This document shows positions 50,456-64,000 of a DNA stretch of 64,000 bases, piece by piece (within the stretch, counting starts at the first letter, position 1; every line of letters starts with the position of its first letter). A program made the position numbers and the translations under genes. This stretch comes from Octopus vulgaris. Lineage: Eukaryota. The stretch is from assembly GCA_951406725.2 (NCBI GenBank), contig OX597832.1, positions 65,410,001-65,474,000 of the forward strand. The letters run 5' to 3'. Below the pieces are notes generated by a model. It was not told the origin of the DNA. It searched no databases and worked only from the letters and a program-made list of their open reading frames with translations.

Positions 50456-50889
50456 GTGTGTGTGTGTGTGTGTGTGTGAGTGTGTGTATATATATATGAG
50501 TAATTTCTATTTCGTGAGGGGTGTTATGTGGAATGATATAAATATGAGAAGCTGCAAGATAACAAACTGAACAACATTGTTGATATTTAGTGGTATGATC
50601 TATAGTTGTATATAGTTCAGAAATGCGAGTGTATTATGTATAAATTGAATGGTATGCGATAAATAAGTCTCATAGTAAAGATTACTGATGCCGAAATCTA
50701 GAGAAAAATGACACAAAAACAATCAGCATGGATTTCTTTTCCCCTACGTAGGAGCCGGTTTATAGCTGTCACCAAATATATATAGATATACACATACACA
50801 ATAACACCCAATGTTACATATGTGGTATGTGTGTGTGTATGTGTGTATGTGTATGTGTGTGTGTGCGTGTCTGCGTGTGTACATATATG

Positions 50890-50941
<52 letters not shown>

Positions 50942-50996
50942 GTGTGTAGATATATATTCATATACATGGAAATATATGTACTTATACACACATGTA

Positions 50997-51044
<48 letters not shown>

Positions 51045-51508
51045 TATATGTATATATACATGGTTCTATCTGTCTATCTATTTATCTATCTATCTATATA
51101 TATATATATATTCATATATATATATGAATATATATATATATAAAGGAATTAAATAATGCTAATCGAGAGTAAAAAGAAAAGTATGGATACATAAATACAA
51201 ATACACACACACATACATGGATATATATATATTTATATTAAATTCCACATATACATGTAATACGAGTGCATATATACACACACAGGCACACATAAACATG
51301 TATATGCATGTATTTATGTACTCACATATATGATATAAATATACACATGCAATTATATTCCATTTTCTACTTCCCATTTACCATATAATATATACATACA
51401 TATATACATAGATATACACACGCATATATGTATATATATATATATATATATGCACATACATATTGTGAATATATAGATTTATACATCTCTGTGTGTGTCT
51501 GTATATAC

Positions 51509-51544
<36 letters not shown>

Positions 51545-51585
51545 ATATATGGGTAATTTCTATTTCGTGAGGGGTGTTATGTGGA
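50053..51585 (+). repeat. Direct duplication of a ~450-480-bp low-complexity segment (50053-50532 and 51142-51585)
   Basis: Both copies run from AAAGGAATTAAATAATG to TTTCGTGAGGGGTGTTATGTGGA. Confidence 0.9.
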
Positions 51586-52257
51586 GGGGCGTTATTTCGT
51601 GAGGGGTGTTATATATATATATATATATATACCTACAGCCTATTTGCATGCACTTATGTGTTTCTTTGTTTGTATATATGTATGTAGTTATATACATATG
51701 TGTGTATGTAATGTCGCACGTAGGTGTATGTATAACTATACATATAGACACACACATAGATGCACAGACACAAACAAGCAAACACACACACGCATCTATA
51801 AGCACACACACACAAACATGTAGGTGTACACCCTGGTATAATTACAGACACTAAAATTTGCTGCTGAGAGTAAAGTTAATATAGTCAATGCATTCAAGTG
51901 TTCTTCGATCAAGTTATTTCCACTAAGTGGAAGATTAGCAATGGTGTTTACGATGTTACCATTAATTTGCTTCCGTCAAAATAAGTCACTCTCCATTTCA
52001 AGAACTTGTGTGAGGCGTCTCTCTGTTGTTGTTTTTGTTTTTTTATCTCTTTTTCTTGTTGTCTTCCTTTGCGGCCATTATGCCGGATGTGGGGAATGGT
52101 GGTCATTTGCCTTGTTTAATCATGCAGATTGTCTCGAACATGGTTCATTCTGAAGGTGATCAATTGATTTCTATCGAATAAATTTGTAATCCTTGTCCAA
52201 TTATTTCATTAATTACTCAAAATTATTATGTGTCATGTTTGGAAGATGTTATACAAA

Positions 52258-52385
52258 TTCTTCTTCTTCTTCTTCTTCTTCTTCTTCTTCTTCTTCTTCT
52301 TCTTCTTCTTCTTCTTCTTCTTCTTCTTCTTCTTCTTCTTCTTCTTCTTCTTCTTCTTCATCTTCATCATTATCACCACCACCGC

Positions 52386-52436
<51 letters not shown>
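52258..52436 (+). repeat. (TTC)n followed by (CAT)n microsatellites
   Basis: Direct reading. Confidence 0.97.
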
Positions 52437-52437
<1 letters not shown>

Positions 52438-52767
52438 TACATGTTATTAGATTTTCCCCCTCATTGATTGTCATTTTCATAAATCTTCTTATTGTATTAA
52501 ATTTTTGAGTCACACACGTACACATCCCTGGTCACTCATACACACATAACGGTACGCACATACACGCACATATACATACATTTGGTATAAATTTGTTGAA
52601 TAAAAAATTTGGGGTAATATAACATACAACGACATTAAAATGACGAATTAAAATTACAGAGAAAAATATATAAAAGATAAATATACAAATTTACAAAAAT
52701 GCATAAAAGTTCATCGGAGACGCGCCAATTAATATGAAACATATCATATATTTAAAATTGACACTCC

Positions 52768-52829
<62 letters not shown>

Positions 52830-52831
<2 letters not shown>

Positions 52832-54665
52832 ATAAGATTAGCTCGTATACGAGTGGGTATATATTTGGAAAAAATGAAGTTTGAAAATGCTGCTATATTA
52901 GACAAATTTTTTATTTTTATATATACATGATTTATTTAACATGTTTCGGTTCTTGAAATGACGAACCTTATCAAAAAAATTATATATAAAAAAGATAGTT
53001 CATGCTATCAAATATTAAAAATTCATATATAATAAAAAATTCATATATAGTGAGGCGAGTCCATGCTATATGTTTAAAGAGTATGATGTAGTAGTTCATA
53101 GTGGTGATATGCATTCAATATAAAATATTCATGTTCTTGAAAAAGCGAGGAATTCATTTTAGGTTTTACCTTGTGTTCCAATGGGAGCAACTGTGATGAC
53201 TTTTGGTTGGTGTCTGTTCGAATAGTTCTGGTGAATCTTTTGAATTGTTTGGGTTTTATATCACCTGTTAGGTGGCTAGTCCAGCGGAACGAGACGTCAT
53301 CAAAGTTTTGACCAATCATCTAGTTAGGTGGCTAGTCCAGCAGAACGGGACGTCATCAATGTTTTGACCAATCAGAATCGGGTCTGACCTATAGCTGTAT
53401 TAGATCTGACCCATGTATGTATCCTGTTAGGTGGCTAGTCCAGCGGAACGAGACGTCATCACTGTTTTGACCAATCATCCCGTTAGGTGGCTAGTCCAGC
53501 AGAACGAGACGTCATCACTGTTTTGACCAATCAGAATCGGGTCTGACCCATAGCTGTATCGTATGTGGAAACCGACCAAGCAGGGTGACAATAGCTTGCC
53601 CACTGAGGTAATACGTCATCAGTTTCTTGACGAATCAGGATTAGATCTGCTCGTAGAGATCTTTTTATAAATTTTTTTCCTTTCCCTAAGACATATTTCT
53701 GTCAGTGTGAGTGACTGTTTAGGGCAGCGGCCGTGGTGGAATTTTGCTTGTCCTTTTCGGAGGACCAATCTTTTGTTTTAATATTCCTAGCCCAGGGTGT
53801 TCAAACTTGGTCTAAATTTTTTGATGAAATACAGTTCTTTATTTTGGCGTTGCGTGAAGGTTACGCTCTCACTGAATTTATAAAGCAGGTAAGTTGTAAA
53901 TTTCGGATTTACATTTCCAGCACATCTATCTATGTGTCCGCTGACCGGTATTTTCCGGTATTCAGGGTTTCTAATTTGTGATTTATGCACCGCCATCCTG
54001 TTACGTAAGCTATTTTTTGTATGGCCTATATACTGCCTATTGCAGCCTGCGCATGTTATGACGTAAATTAAGTTTTCTGATGCGCAGGTGAAGTTTGCTG
54101 TAATGGTGAACTGATGGCCTTGTTCTAGTATAAATTCTGAACCTTCTATCAAGATGACACAGATTCCGCAGTTGGGCCTTCCACATTTTCTAACTGCTGG
54201 TTTTGTGGTTGATGTTGAGTGCAGTTTAGCTAGGGTTAAGATCCTTTTCAAGGATTTTGGTTGCCGTTTACTTTTAATGATGGTGTGTGTTTCGAGGATC
54301 CGGTTCATCTTTGGGTCTCCCTTTAGTAGGGCTGTGCTTTGTAGTATGGTGCTGAAGGCCTCATTGTTGAGTGGGTTGTGTGTAGAGATGTAGGGAAGGG
54401 TTTTAATTGTTCTTTCTTTTTTGGTTTTGTTTGTCTCAGGTCTTCTATACTTAATTTGAGTGCCCTTTGGATTGCACTGTCTATTAGGGGCTGTGGATAG
54501 TTTCTATTTGTGAGTGTGGTTCTAAGTTCCTGGAGACGTGTGTGTCGGGTGTTTGTGTCTGATATTATGGTGCAGATCCTTCTAGCTAAACAAAAAGGGA
54601 CATTTATTCTAGTGTGTCGTGGGTGGCATGAATCAAAGGGTAGGTATTGTTTGGAATTTGTACAG
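52830..54665 (-). mobile_element. Penelope-like element, 5'-truncated (RT thumb, GIY-YIG, 3' pLTR with degenerate hammerhead at ~52933-52980)
   Basis: QYLPFDSCHPRHTRINVPFCLARRICTI, CGRPNCGIC, NLIYVITC..YIGHT and KELYFIKKFRPSLN. The pLTR reads TTGATAA-GGTTC..GAACC-GAAA-CATG-TT and ends at (TA)n. Confidence 0.88.
53264..53640. repeat. Tandem 56/103-bp repeats in the Penelope 3' UTR with GACGTCA and CCAAT motifs
   Basis: GTTAGGTGGCTAGTCCAGC.GAACG.GACGTCATCA..GTTTTGACCAATCA at 53267, 53323, 53426 and 53482, plus one degenerate copy. Confidence 0.9.
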
Positions 54666-57600
54666 AGACGTCCGGTTGGCTGCTTTAGTCGCACTGATAG
54701 GTTAAATCCTGAAACCAAAACACCAACGCTCCCCTCCATTACCCTGTTACTGTCTACCGATCTTTAATATTCGGGAAATTACTCGAATTTTCAGTCCACA
54801 TCGTGCATTTTGAAATAAACGTCTGAGCCACTCAACGATGCCTTCATTTCCAATTCAGCTGTATTCCAACTTTGTAGGAATTTTGCAATTTCACTAAAAT
54901 ACTGATTCAGTCGGTTTATTTCGAAACGCTACCTTTAACCTTGCTTTTTAAAATATCCTTGTTTCATTTTGTGTGGGTCGGCACGCCTACATTTTCTCAG
55001 GGATGAGACGCTTTATTGGTGATCGAAGCAACTCGCTAACCACTTGCTACACACTTGAGTTAAGAATATATTGTATATCGTAATCGCTGATATACAAGAA
55101 TGATTGGAATTATTTCGTTTGATAATGCTCCTTTGATAATGCTGTATCAGAGCCGATGAAGCACAAAAGAACAGCATTACCGATGTAAACTATATCATCT
55201 CCAACCAAATACACACACCTGAAAATCTAAACTGGTATTTAATTTTTAATCTTAATGATGGAACCCTCACTCAAAGACGTTCATATTGCAGATTCATGCG
55301 CGTATAGGTTAGACTATTTAGCGTTAAACGTTCCGTCACTCCACAATCTGAGTTGAAATCCACCGCCGTTGACTTCGATTCTCATAAGGTAGTTGTCGAC
55401 AAATAATGCAGCTGCACTGGATCGAACTTTTTCATTCGCTCTTTTTTTTTCTGGTTGGCTGCATTCCTTTCTTCGGCAAACGTTAGCCGTGGTCAGACCT
55501 GAAGTGAGATGGGTTCTGTTCTTTCAGTAAATGCCTAAGCCGCGCCATAAAGCTGTTAGCAGTACGAAGAAGAGGTTAATCAATTATTTTTTAAACTTAT
55601 TCTTTCTTCTGTACAAAAGCCCGTTTAGTTCGTTAGAGCTCTAACCAGGTAACATATTTTTGCTTCTTAGGTATCTTTTGGTGCTTTGCTCCAAAATGCA
55701 CTTAGCCCCTCCCTCTTGCGACATTTGGAAATCATTTTAATTATGAATTTAGTATTTATGTCGTTGCACATTTACCTAACAATTAATTTGTCAATAGAAT
55801 TATTTAAAAACAGAGAGAAAAGTAAATATTTTTCGTGTATAGTTTGTTTAATATTTTCTGAATAAATATCTAATGTAGAAAATACACTCACCAATTTTCC
55901 AAATAATTTTATTTATCAAATAAAATATTTCCCTTACTTAGAATTTTATGTTTTTTAAAAGTGGAATTTGTAAAAAAATATATTTAACAAATAAAGAAAT
56001 TGAGAAATAAAGAAAGTAAGAATCTTGTAAGTCTGAATATATTTAAACATTAGCCTCCTGCTGTTCGACAATTTACGAATCTCTAGAAATCCATGAACTA
56101 TTCTGCAAAAGCAAAAAACTGTTTTCAACATTAAGCATCGTTTTAAAATAATATAAATTACTGCAATTTGGCATTTTTGATATTTAGAGATTTGAAACAT
56201 GGCTCCTTCAAAGTCTAAGGTCGCATTTATATATAAATTTGGAGCAGTAAAACTATTCAGGCCCTGTAATAGGTTGCTTAGTGACATTTAACATTCCTGG
56301 TAATAATCTCCGCAGTGGGAGCGCCTAAAAGTCCAGGTAAAATTACCCAACATATTCCATAAGGAAAAGAAAACTCAACTAGCAACCAATCAATTCTGTC
56401 GTAGTGATTCTGGCAAGTAGCATTTGCATTATCTCCATCTTTGTGTCCGGAACGCAGAGAAGAAAGATTTGTTGAACAGTTTCCATTGAGAAGTAAGACT
56501 GCATCGAGGGTTCAAACAGAACCATTCACCTTCAGTCAAATTGTTTCATTCCAATAGTTACAAATAATCTTGTACTTTCAGAAACAAAGGCTTCCAGTAG
56601 AATGAAAACCAATTATGCCATTTTCCGGTACTCAGTGATGCTGTTATTCCTTTGCAACTTTTGTCTTTTACTCCTGTTAAGTCAATAATTACGTCACACA
56701 GTTCGATCTCATCCGGAAGTGAGAGTGGGAACTTGTTGAATGCTTTTAATCTTTCTTGATGTTCATCGTGTGTTGACTGCTTGGATTAAAGAATTCACCT
56801 ACAAGGTTGGGCTCATTTCAAGAGAGAATCCCAAGGAGACTTTGGTTTACGAGATCAGAAATACGAAGGAAATATCAAACAAGAAATATCTAGTAGTTCT
56901 CTGAAAATAAAAGCATCGTCATGAATGCCATTGCTCAGTAATGCTTATAACTCTACAACAATCATTCCTTTACTAATAACTGCATGAGGATTTGAGGTAC
57001 AGAGTTTAACATGGAATTCTTATGATATGATTTTGATTATGACTCAAATTTTAGTAAATTGTGCATAGCATTAACCATATTATACAGAATTCACCATTGT
57101 TTGACATTGTATATTTTGTGAATGTGATTAAATTGTAATTTATATTTGCCTGTAATCTTACTATCATGTAGTTAAATATTTCTCATACTGTAACGTCATT
57201 AGTTATCGCTGTATAAAACCAATTTACGTAGTTTTACATAAATAATACAAAATAATATAAATATAAAATAGAAGGATAACAGTCTTAATCACTGGATTCC
57301 ACGTCAATAATACGTTTTTTTAGGGTTTCATCCCTTATGTAAGAACTACGTTCCCTTGATATAAAAATGGATTATATGTATATGTGTGTGTGCATGTGTG
57401 TGTGGGTGTGTGTGTGAGTACGTACGTGCCTGTGTGTGCGTGCGATTGTGTCTGTGTGTGGACGAGCTGTTGGTGTGCATCTATAATAATACAGTTTTAA
57501 CTACTCGCAGCTTCGAAGTTTTCCCTGTAGAGGTTTTAACACTGAACATCGATAGAAAGAGGAGAAAATAGCCTCACAACAAAAGCTGTTAATTAAGTAA

Positions 57601-58208
57601 ACTCATAGATTTAGGCTCCGGCAACTCCAGTTTTACTAATTTTCAGAGTTGATGTATTTCAATAGCTCTATGGGACTGTCTAGAGAAAGATAAATGACAA
57701 AAAAATACATTAATGGACATAAATGCTGAAGTATTAATTTTATTAAATGCCATTAATACAAAAACAGACATTTATTCTACTTTAATTTTGGAATACTTAA
57801 TGGATTATAGATCTTTAGTAGTCTCTCATATTCTTAATAATTACCTGCAAGTCACTATCAGAGTTAGCAATTATAAGATTGGAACAAGCAAATACCTGCA
57901 TTGAAATTGGTTTTAAATCGGAAACCCGCTTCCGTTGCACATATTTCACTCTAAATAGACAAAGATAGTAGATTTATGGCGTTAATAGGTTAGTACAGCG
58001 TATATATATTGTATATACATATATGACGAATACAATGTTGCGTTCTATACTGTAGAGAACGTGGTGTAGGCACATAGAGAAAGAAAACGTAACCAGCTTC
58101 ATCCATGTGCTTATATAAATGTACACACACACGCACGCAGACACGCATGCACCCGTATGTGAGTATATACTTTGTATACGTATATATATGTACATATATA
58201 TGTGTATA

Positions 58209-58277
<69 letters not shown>

Positions 58278-58339
58278 GTTTGTGTGTGTGAATATGTATG
58301 TAGGTATAATAGACCACTAGCATCAGTAGCAATCTTGAT

Positions 58340-58760
58340 GCTTCTAGTTACATGTTGCTTATATTTTGTTGGTGGTGGCAAAGAGTCGGTTGTTTTCTTC
58401 AGCGTACTTTGAGTGTGGTTTCAAATAGACACGGCGTAGAAGAAACCATCGGCGAGTGTTTTAAAATTCACCTGTGTGGGGGCTAGTACAAGTTTTGTAC
58501 GAGGTGTCTAATTTGCATAAATATGACACCCGGATTCAGAGGATTACAATAGGGTACAAAATGACATAATTTATAAAAGATTGGGCTTTGTCCTAGGTCG
58601 CAGTTGGTTCATCTATACACTAGAGTTTGTGCAGATTGAAAAATGAAGTGATTACGTTAATGGAAATGGGAATGATATTGTCACACTAGTAACTCCTCTT
58701 TCTTCAAAGTAACCAGAGCTGCGTCTATTTTTAGCTTAGTATACATTGCGGTGAATTCTG
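58340..58760 (-). mobile_element. Possible ancient LINE RT relic
   Basis: The interrupted minus frame SGYFEERGV..SFPFPL..IYAN*T loosely recalls RGVxQG..SP..YADD. Confidence 0.25.
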
Positions 58761-59816
58761 TTAAATGTTTGACTGTGATTGAATAGTAATCTATGTGTAT
58801 AGTGTGGATTTAGATGCAGATAGGATGACTATTGCATTTTTAGTCTCACCATTGTCCTTAATTATCTTTCGAAACTAGAGACCTTTGCCGTATATTTGCA
58901 TCACAAATATATCATTTCATATTTGTTATATATTACATAATAGATGGATGGGATGATAAGTTCTTTTCATGTCTGAAATTTTAGAATATATTTATCTAAG
59001 CTTGTCAAAGGTGAAACAGTTCCTCTACAAACTACTTAATCCATACAAACATTTTGCAACTCCTAAAAAGTAGGAAATTTCGCACATAGGCGGTAACAAT
59101 AACTATATACAATTTTTCTCCTCGAGTTGGTATAACTATATACAATTTTACTCTTTGAGTTGGTATTATATATATCACAACGGAGAGAAACGTAATGAAA
59201 TCGTTTTAATTGGTCTAAAGGAAGTAATATACTGGTAATTAAGTGCTCCATTGTAGGATTGGAACTTGTGACCTTACCACCAAGTATATGCAACACTCAC
59301 GAATTAGTTTGCATATCATCCAGGAGGCGGAGGTGGCGAAATAAACACTCAGACACGGCAGATTTTATACATTCCAGCTTAACGCTCCTTTTAGTCGTTC
59401 CCATTTTCACACACATCCCCACCACATATAGGGATTCACCCGCGTATACTCCAACAGAAGCTATTAGAAGCTCATTGAATATTTTTTATAATTATATATA
59501 TATAAAAAATCATTATTTTCGATATTTGTATATAAATATGTTTTCTCTTATGAGAATGAAACCAATGAAAATATGATAAAGAGTAGGATCCAATATATTA
59601 TTTTTAATAAATCTTGCCTCGCTTACCTTAGGGTAAATTAATATGTAGATATAATTATTAATTATACCAGAATATCCCCATCTGCAACAATGCAGCTTAA
59701 TAGTAATTAAAATTCATTAGTCATTCATTTTATCTAGAAAGAAAACGAAGAAAATAAACAGTATATAATCGACAAAAACCAGGTCCTCAAAGCAAATAAA
59801 TACACATCACATTCTC

Positions 59817-59878
<62 letters not shown>

Positions 59879-59914
59879 ACACATACATTCATATATACAA
59901 ACATACGTACATAC

Positions 59915-59951
<37 letters not shown>

Positions 59952-60142
59952 CAGGCAATATTTTAAACATGGGCATATACATGTACATTGCATTCATACG
60001 TATTTATATACATTTATATGTAAGAAATTTGTCAATTAAATTAAATGAGAAACATTGAATATGCATGCACATATATACACACGCATAGGAAAATACGTAC
60101 AAGCATATATATACATGCGTCAATATATCTGCATATATATAC

Positions 60143-60188
<46 letters not shown>

Positions 60189-60210
60189 AGTAGATATATA
60201 CATATACATG

Positions 60211-60256
<46 letters not shown>

Positions 60257-60674
60257 GCATACATTCAAATCTATCACATATTCCCTCGCATACAATAAGC
60301 GCTCTCCTGGAATCTTGAGGATATATATTATTTCTGTCTTAACATTTTAATGAAATTAATGAGATACAACTCATCCTCAGGAAAACATGTAAATACAAAT
60401 AAGCAAACAATAAACGTAGGACAAAACGAAAACATGACTATTATATAGCTTGTTTATCTTTTGATGTTTATGGTATATTTATTACCGCTTCCAGCGTAAA
60501 GGTGATACGAAATATTCTGTTTTCTGTCGACTAAAGAACAATTGAATGTAACAATTATTGTCCTTAAATATGTTTCTAAACTAGAGACCTAGCGCTTATA
60601 TATAACACAAATATATATTTTCATATTTGTTGTATATCATATAATAACGTAAAGTAGGAGAATGGAATGTGCGC

Positions 60675-60812
60675 TTCAGAAAATTGCTGACCCAGTTTTG
60701 GGCCAGGGTTCAGTCCCACTCCGAAGTAACTTGGAGAAATATCAGCAAGTAGAGGTCCGGTCCAATAAAGATTTATGGGGTCGTTTTAGTAGAGGGAAAC
60801 TGATTATGAAGC
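60675..60812 (+). mobile_element. SINE family B head, degenerate
   Basis: GGGTTCAGTCCCACT..CTTGGAGAAAT..GTAGAGGGAAACTGA. Confidence 0.55.
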
Positions 60813-61219
60813 TTTTTGTTCAAGTATAAACGTTTTCTGCACAATCATTATAGAGATGTGTACACATGTGTAGAGTGGAGCTGCTGCATATACACAAAAT
60901 TATATATATATAAATACACACACACACACATATATATGTATATACACACACACACAAACACACACAAATATATATATGCGCACACATATATATATACATA
61001 CACACACATATATATGTGTTCATGTATATATGTGTGTGTGATATATAGGTATATATCCATATACACAGAGAAGCTGGGAGAGATAGACACACACACAGAC
61101 AGAGAGTGACAGATTGAGAGACAATAAATAGATGAGAAAATGTGTTTGCTAACATTTATATATTTTTGGTAGCATTTACATACACACATATTCTATTTCT
61201 AATAATGTCCAATAATATA

Positions 61220-62560
61220 CAGGCAAACCACACCCTACGTCGATAATTGGTTCCAGGAGACACGACTGGAGTCGAATAACCTTGTCTCTAGGATAGGATA
61301 GGCCGAATTTATTTGCCGAATTTATTTGTCTCTGGGCTAAACCGATAGTAACCATTCCCCGGTGAGTACTTTATTTATGAATACATTTTCAATAATACAT
61401 AGTTAATAAAAAAAAAACTCTTTTAAGCTTAAAAACAAATAATTTTTATTTTTTAATACTATACAGTAAAGAAAAATTAATCTTTAATTTACGAATACAA
61501 TTTGGCGGTGGTTACCGTACATGCCAGGCGCTTTATTTATGAATGCAGTTTCCAATAACACATGGTAAAGTAAAAGCCTCTTTTAAGCTTAGAAAACAAA
61601 TTCAGTAATTATTATTACTTTGCAGTTGTAAAATAATTAAATAATGTTAAATTTACCAATATGTACATGCAATTTGGTGGCTTACATCGCGGATGTACAT
61701 AGCTGTAGAGCGTCAATATCAACACCTGACTCTCGCTGTTCTTGTCCGGCTGAGAGTTCTTGAATTGTTTTCTTTTCGTCAAGGATTACATTATAAGGAG
61801 CAAAAGCTTCGTGACATACCTTCAGGCATACCTTCTCCCATACACCATTCGTAGCCGTCCTATGTACATCATTCCAAGCCACTGCTATGTTCTTTACCGC
61901 CTAGTAGATATAGTATCTTTTCGAAATTCACGATGTGTGATGGACTCATCAAGGTCAGTTGCTGCTATTGTTTGCCGGAGCGTACACTTCATATAGTAAC
62001 GCTTGAAGATAGCAATTATTCCCTGATACATTGGTTGCAAAGAGACATGGTGTTAGAAGGGAGGTATACGACGGTAACATTGGGGTAAAATCTACGATGT
62101 TCTGCGGGTGGCCAGGAGCACTATCTAAGATAAATTAAACCTTAAAAGGAATCCCCTTCCCCTTACATCACTTCTCTGCTGCTGGGATAGATTGAAGGCC
62201 TAATCTTCAAAAACAACAACAGTAACCCATGCTTTTGAATTAGCCATCCATATTGTTCTTTGACTGAATGAGCAGTGTCCCAACTGGTCATCTTAAAATG
62301 GCGTACCTCTAATTCTTAGAATAGTTCCTATAACCATCTCTGCATGTTTTCCCTTCCCCTTCAACTTCAAGTGTAAAATGAAACAAAAACTGACGACCAG
62401 GCTCAGAGCAGACAGTGCAGCGCTCTTCTTTGTTGAGACCTGCTAATTTTTTGTAAATTCCATCTATTTCAACCACACCTTTGGGTTCACCTATTCTTCT
62501 ATCACACGAAAGATAGGAGATCCCACATTTAATTTTTTTTCTTGCTAATGAAACATCTCA
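61220..62560 (-). mobile_element. pogo/Tigger-like DNA transposon relic
   Basis: TA-CAGGCAAACC..TACG..GATAATTGGTTCC terminus. Minus-strand DDE_1-type motifs WMANSKAWVT, LILDSAPGHP, YLPSNTMSLLQPMYQGIIAIFKRYY and AWNDV..GVW. A ~160-bp internal tandem duplication lies at 61369-61685. Confidence 0.8.
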
Positions 62561-62782
62561 CTCATTACTTTTTCTTCCGCTCTTCCAAGTATATTATGAT
62601 CTATAACCAACGATGGATCCTCTTGACTGATGAGGCATGCATCTAAGCAACAATTGCAATTTCAGCAGCCTCACAGAATCCAGTATGGTGACGAATACTA
62701 ATTGGAAATGTCTCATGCATTGTATTTTCTCCTCTTTCGTATGGCTTCAAAAGATTCTTTCGGATTTACATCAGACATTATT

Positions 62783-63012
62783 CTTTTACTCATTTACTCT
62801 TTTACTTGTTTCAGTCATTTGACTGCGGCCATGCTAGAGCACCACCTTATAGTCGAGCAAATCGACCCCAGGACTTATTCTTTGTAAGCCTAGTACTTAT
62901 TCTATCGGCCTGTTTTGCCGAACCGCTAAGTTACTGGGACGTAAACACACTAGCATCGGTTGTCAAGCGGGACAAACACATACACATAAACATACACACG
63001 CACACACACACA

Positions 63013-63093
<81 letters not shown>

Positions 63094-63255
63094 GACGGGC
63101 TTCTTTCAGTTTCCGTCTACCAAATCCACTCACAAGGATTTGGTCGGCCCGAGATTATAGTAAAAGACACCTACCCAAGGTGCCACGCAGTGGGACTGAA
63201 CCCGGTACCATGTGGTTGGTAAGCAAGCTACTTATCACATAGCCACTCCTGCGCC
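62783..63255 (-). mobile_element. SINE family B, full length
   Basis: Aligns with 18295-18720. Confidence 0.9.
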
Positions 63256-63279
63256 CTAAAAAACAAATTTAACGTTATC

Positions 63280-63380
63280 TGTCAGAAGTGGGATTCGAAC
63301 CCACGCCCAAGGTCGAGGACCAGAATACACAATGTTTAGGTTAAGGTACCTGGCGCCGTAGACCACTCGGGCATTCTGAC
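63280..63380 (-). tRNA. Intron-type tRNA-Leu(CAA)-like gene, probably a pseudogene (anticodon loop unrecognisable)
   Basis: Minus strand: GTCAGAATGCCCGAGTGGTCTACGGCGCCAG-[24 nt]-TTCTGGTCCTCGACCTTGGGCGTGGGTTCGAATCCCACTTCTGACA. Acceptor and T arms are intact, and a T6 terminator lies ~17 nt downstream. Confidence 0.75.
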
Positions 63381-63895
63381 ATTACTTCATTTTCTTCAGA
63401 AGGCTAAGCAAACAACTGATTAAACTTCATAGCAGTGCTGTTCTTTTCTATGGATGACTTCACTCTTCATTCTCTTCCTTCCTTCTGACAAAGCCTTTCT
63501 TTTTCAGTAGTGGTCTGTCTCTTATTTTCTTTATAATCAGTTAAGCCCATTTGCATATTGGTTTCGTCGATTGTGAGCTTGATAAATCTAGCCCCAGAGA
63601 AGGTATTTTCTTTTCAGGAGGGCTCCAACAGTGAATGTGGGAATGAATTCCTCTCTTAACAGTGGGAGAACAATCCTCTTTTAAACACAAAACAATGGAA
63701 CCCTTGCAACTCAAAATACGGAACAGGGTATCAAGTGAGAGTAGAAAAGCATTTTTCATTGACAAGTTTCCTTTACCAAGTAATGTGTGTACTGCTTTCC
63801 ACCACAATCCCGTTAGTTTTAGATCAATTGTTCGACACTGATCACTGGCGGTTTGAATTGGGCATTAGCTTTTGTTATATCTCTCTCTCTCTCTC

Positions 63896-63949
<54 letters not shown>

Positions 63950-64000
63950 CATGTATATATACAGGGTACGGTGAATAAACTGTCGTCTAAATTACGCAAA

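Noticed and set aside
53264-53560. Spaced repeats resembling a CRISPR array
   Set aside because: Eukaryotic context, repeated rather than unique spacers, no cas genes, and the array lies within a PLE UTR.
63541-63880. Short ORFs near the window end
   Set aside because: No recognisable domain, and the frames are interrupted.

Overview
AT-rich, microsatellite-saturated eukaryotic non-coding DNA. The two dominant tRNA-derived SINE families and the repeat landscape suggest an octopus/coleoid cephalopod genome (inference). No intact host protein-coding gene is supportable. The window contains: a nested cluster of Tx1/L1-clade LINEs and an R4/Dong fragment (1.4-8.1 kb); CR1-like LINE 3' ends; a complete but decayed mariner plus other mariner and pogo relics; non-autonomous Helitrons; a solo LTR; several Penelope-like elements (one nearly intact); many SINEs; and a degenerate intron-type tRNA-Leu gene. 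The most striking signal is an unusually dense set of hammerhead-ribozyme (HHR) motifs. They occur in Penelope pseudo-LTRs and in small non-coding, retrozyme-like tandem or inverted units (426, 480 and 514 bp) embedded in (TA)n. One repeat (41251-41326, minus strand) appears to encode a non-circularly permuted (rearranged, pseudoknotted) hammerhead. All structures were folded by eye and are unvalidated.
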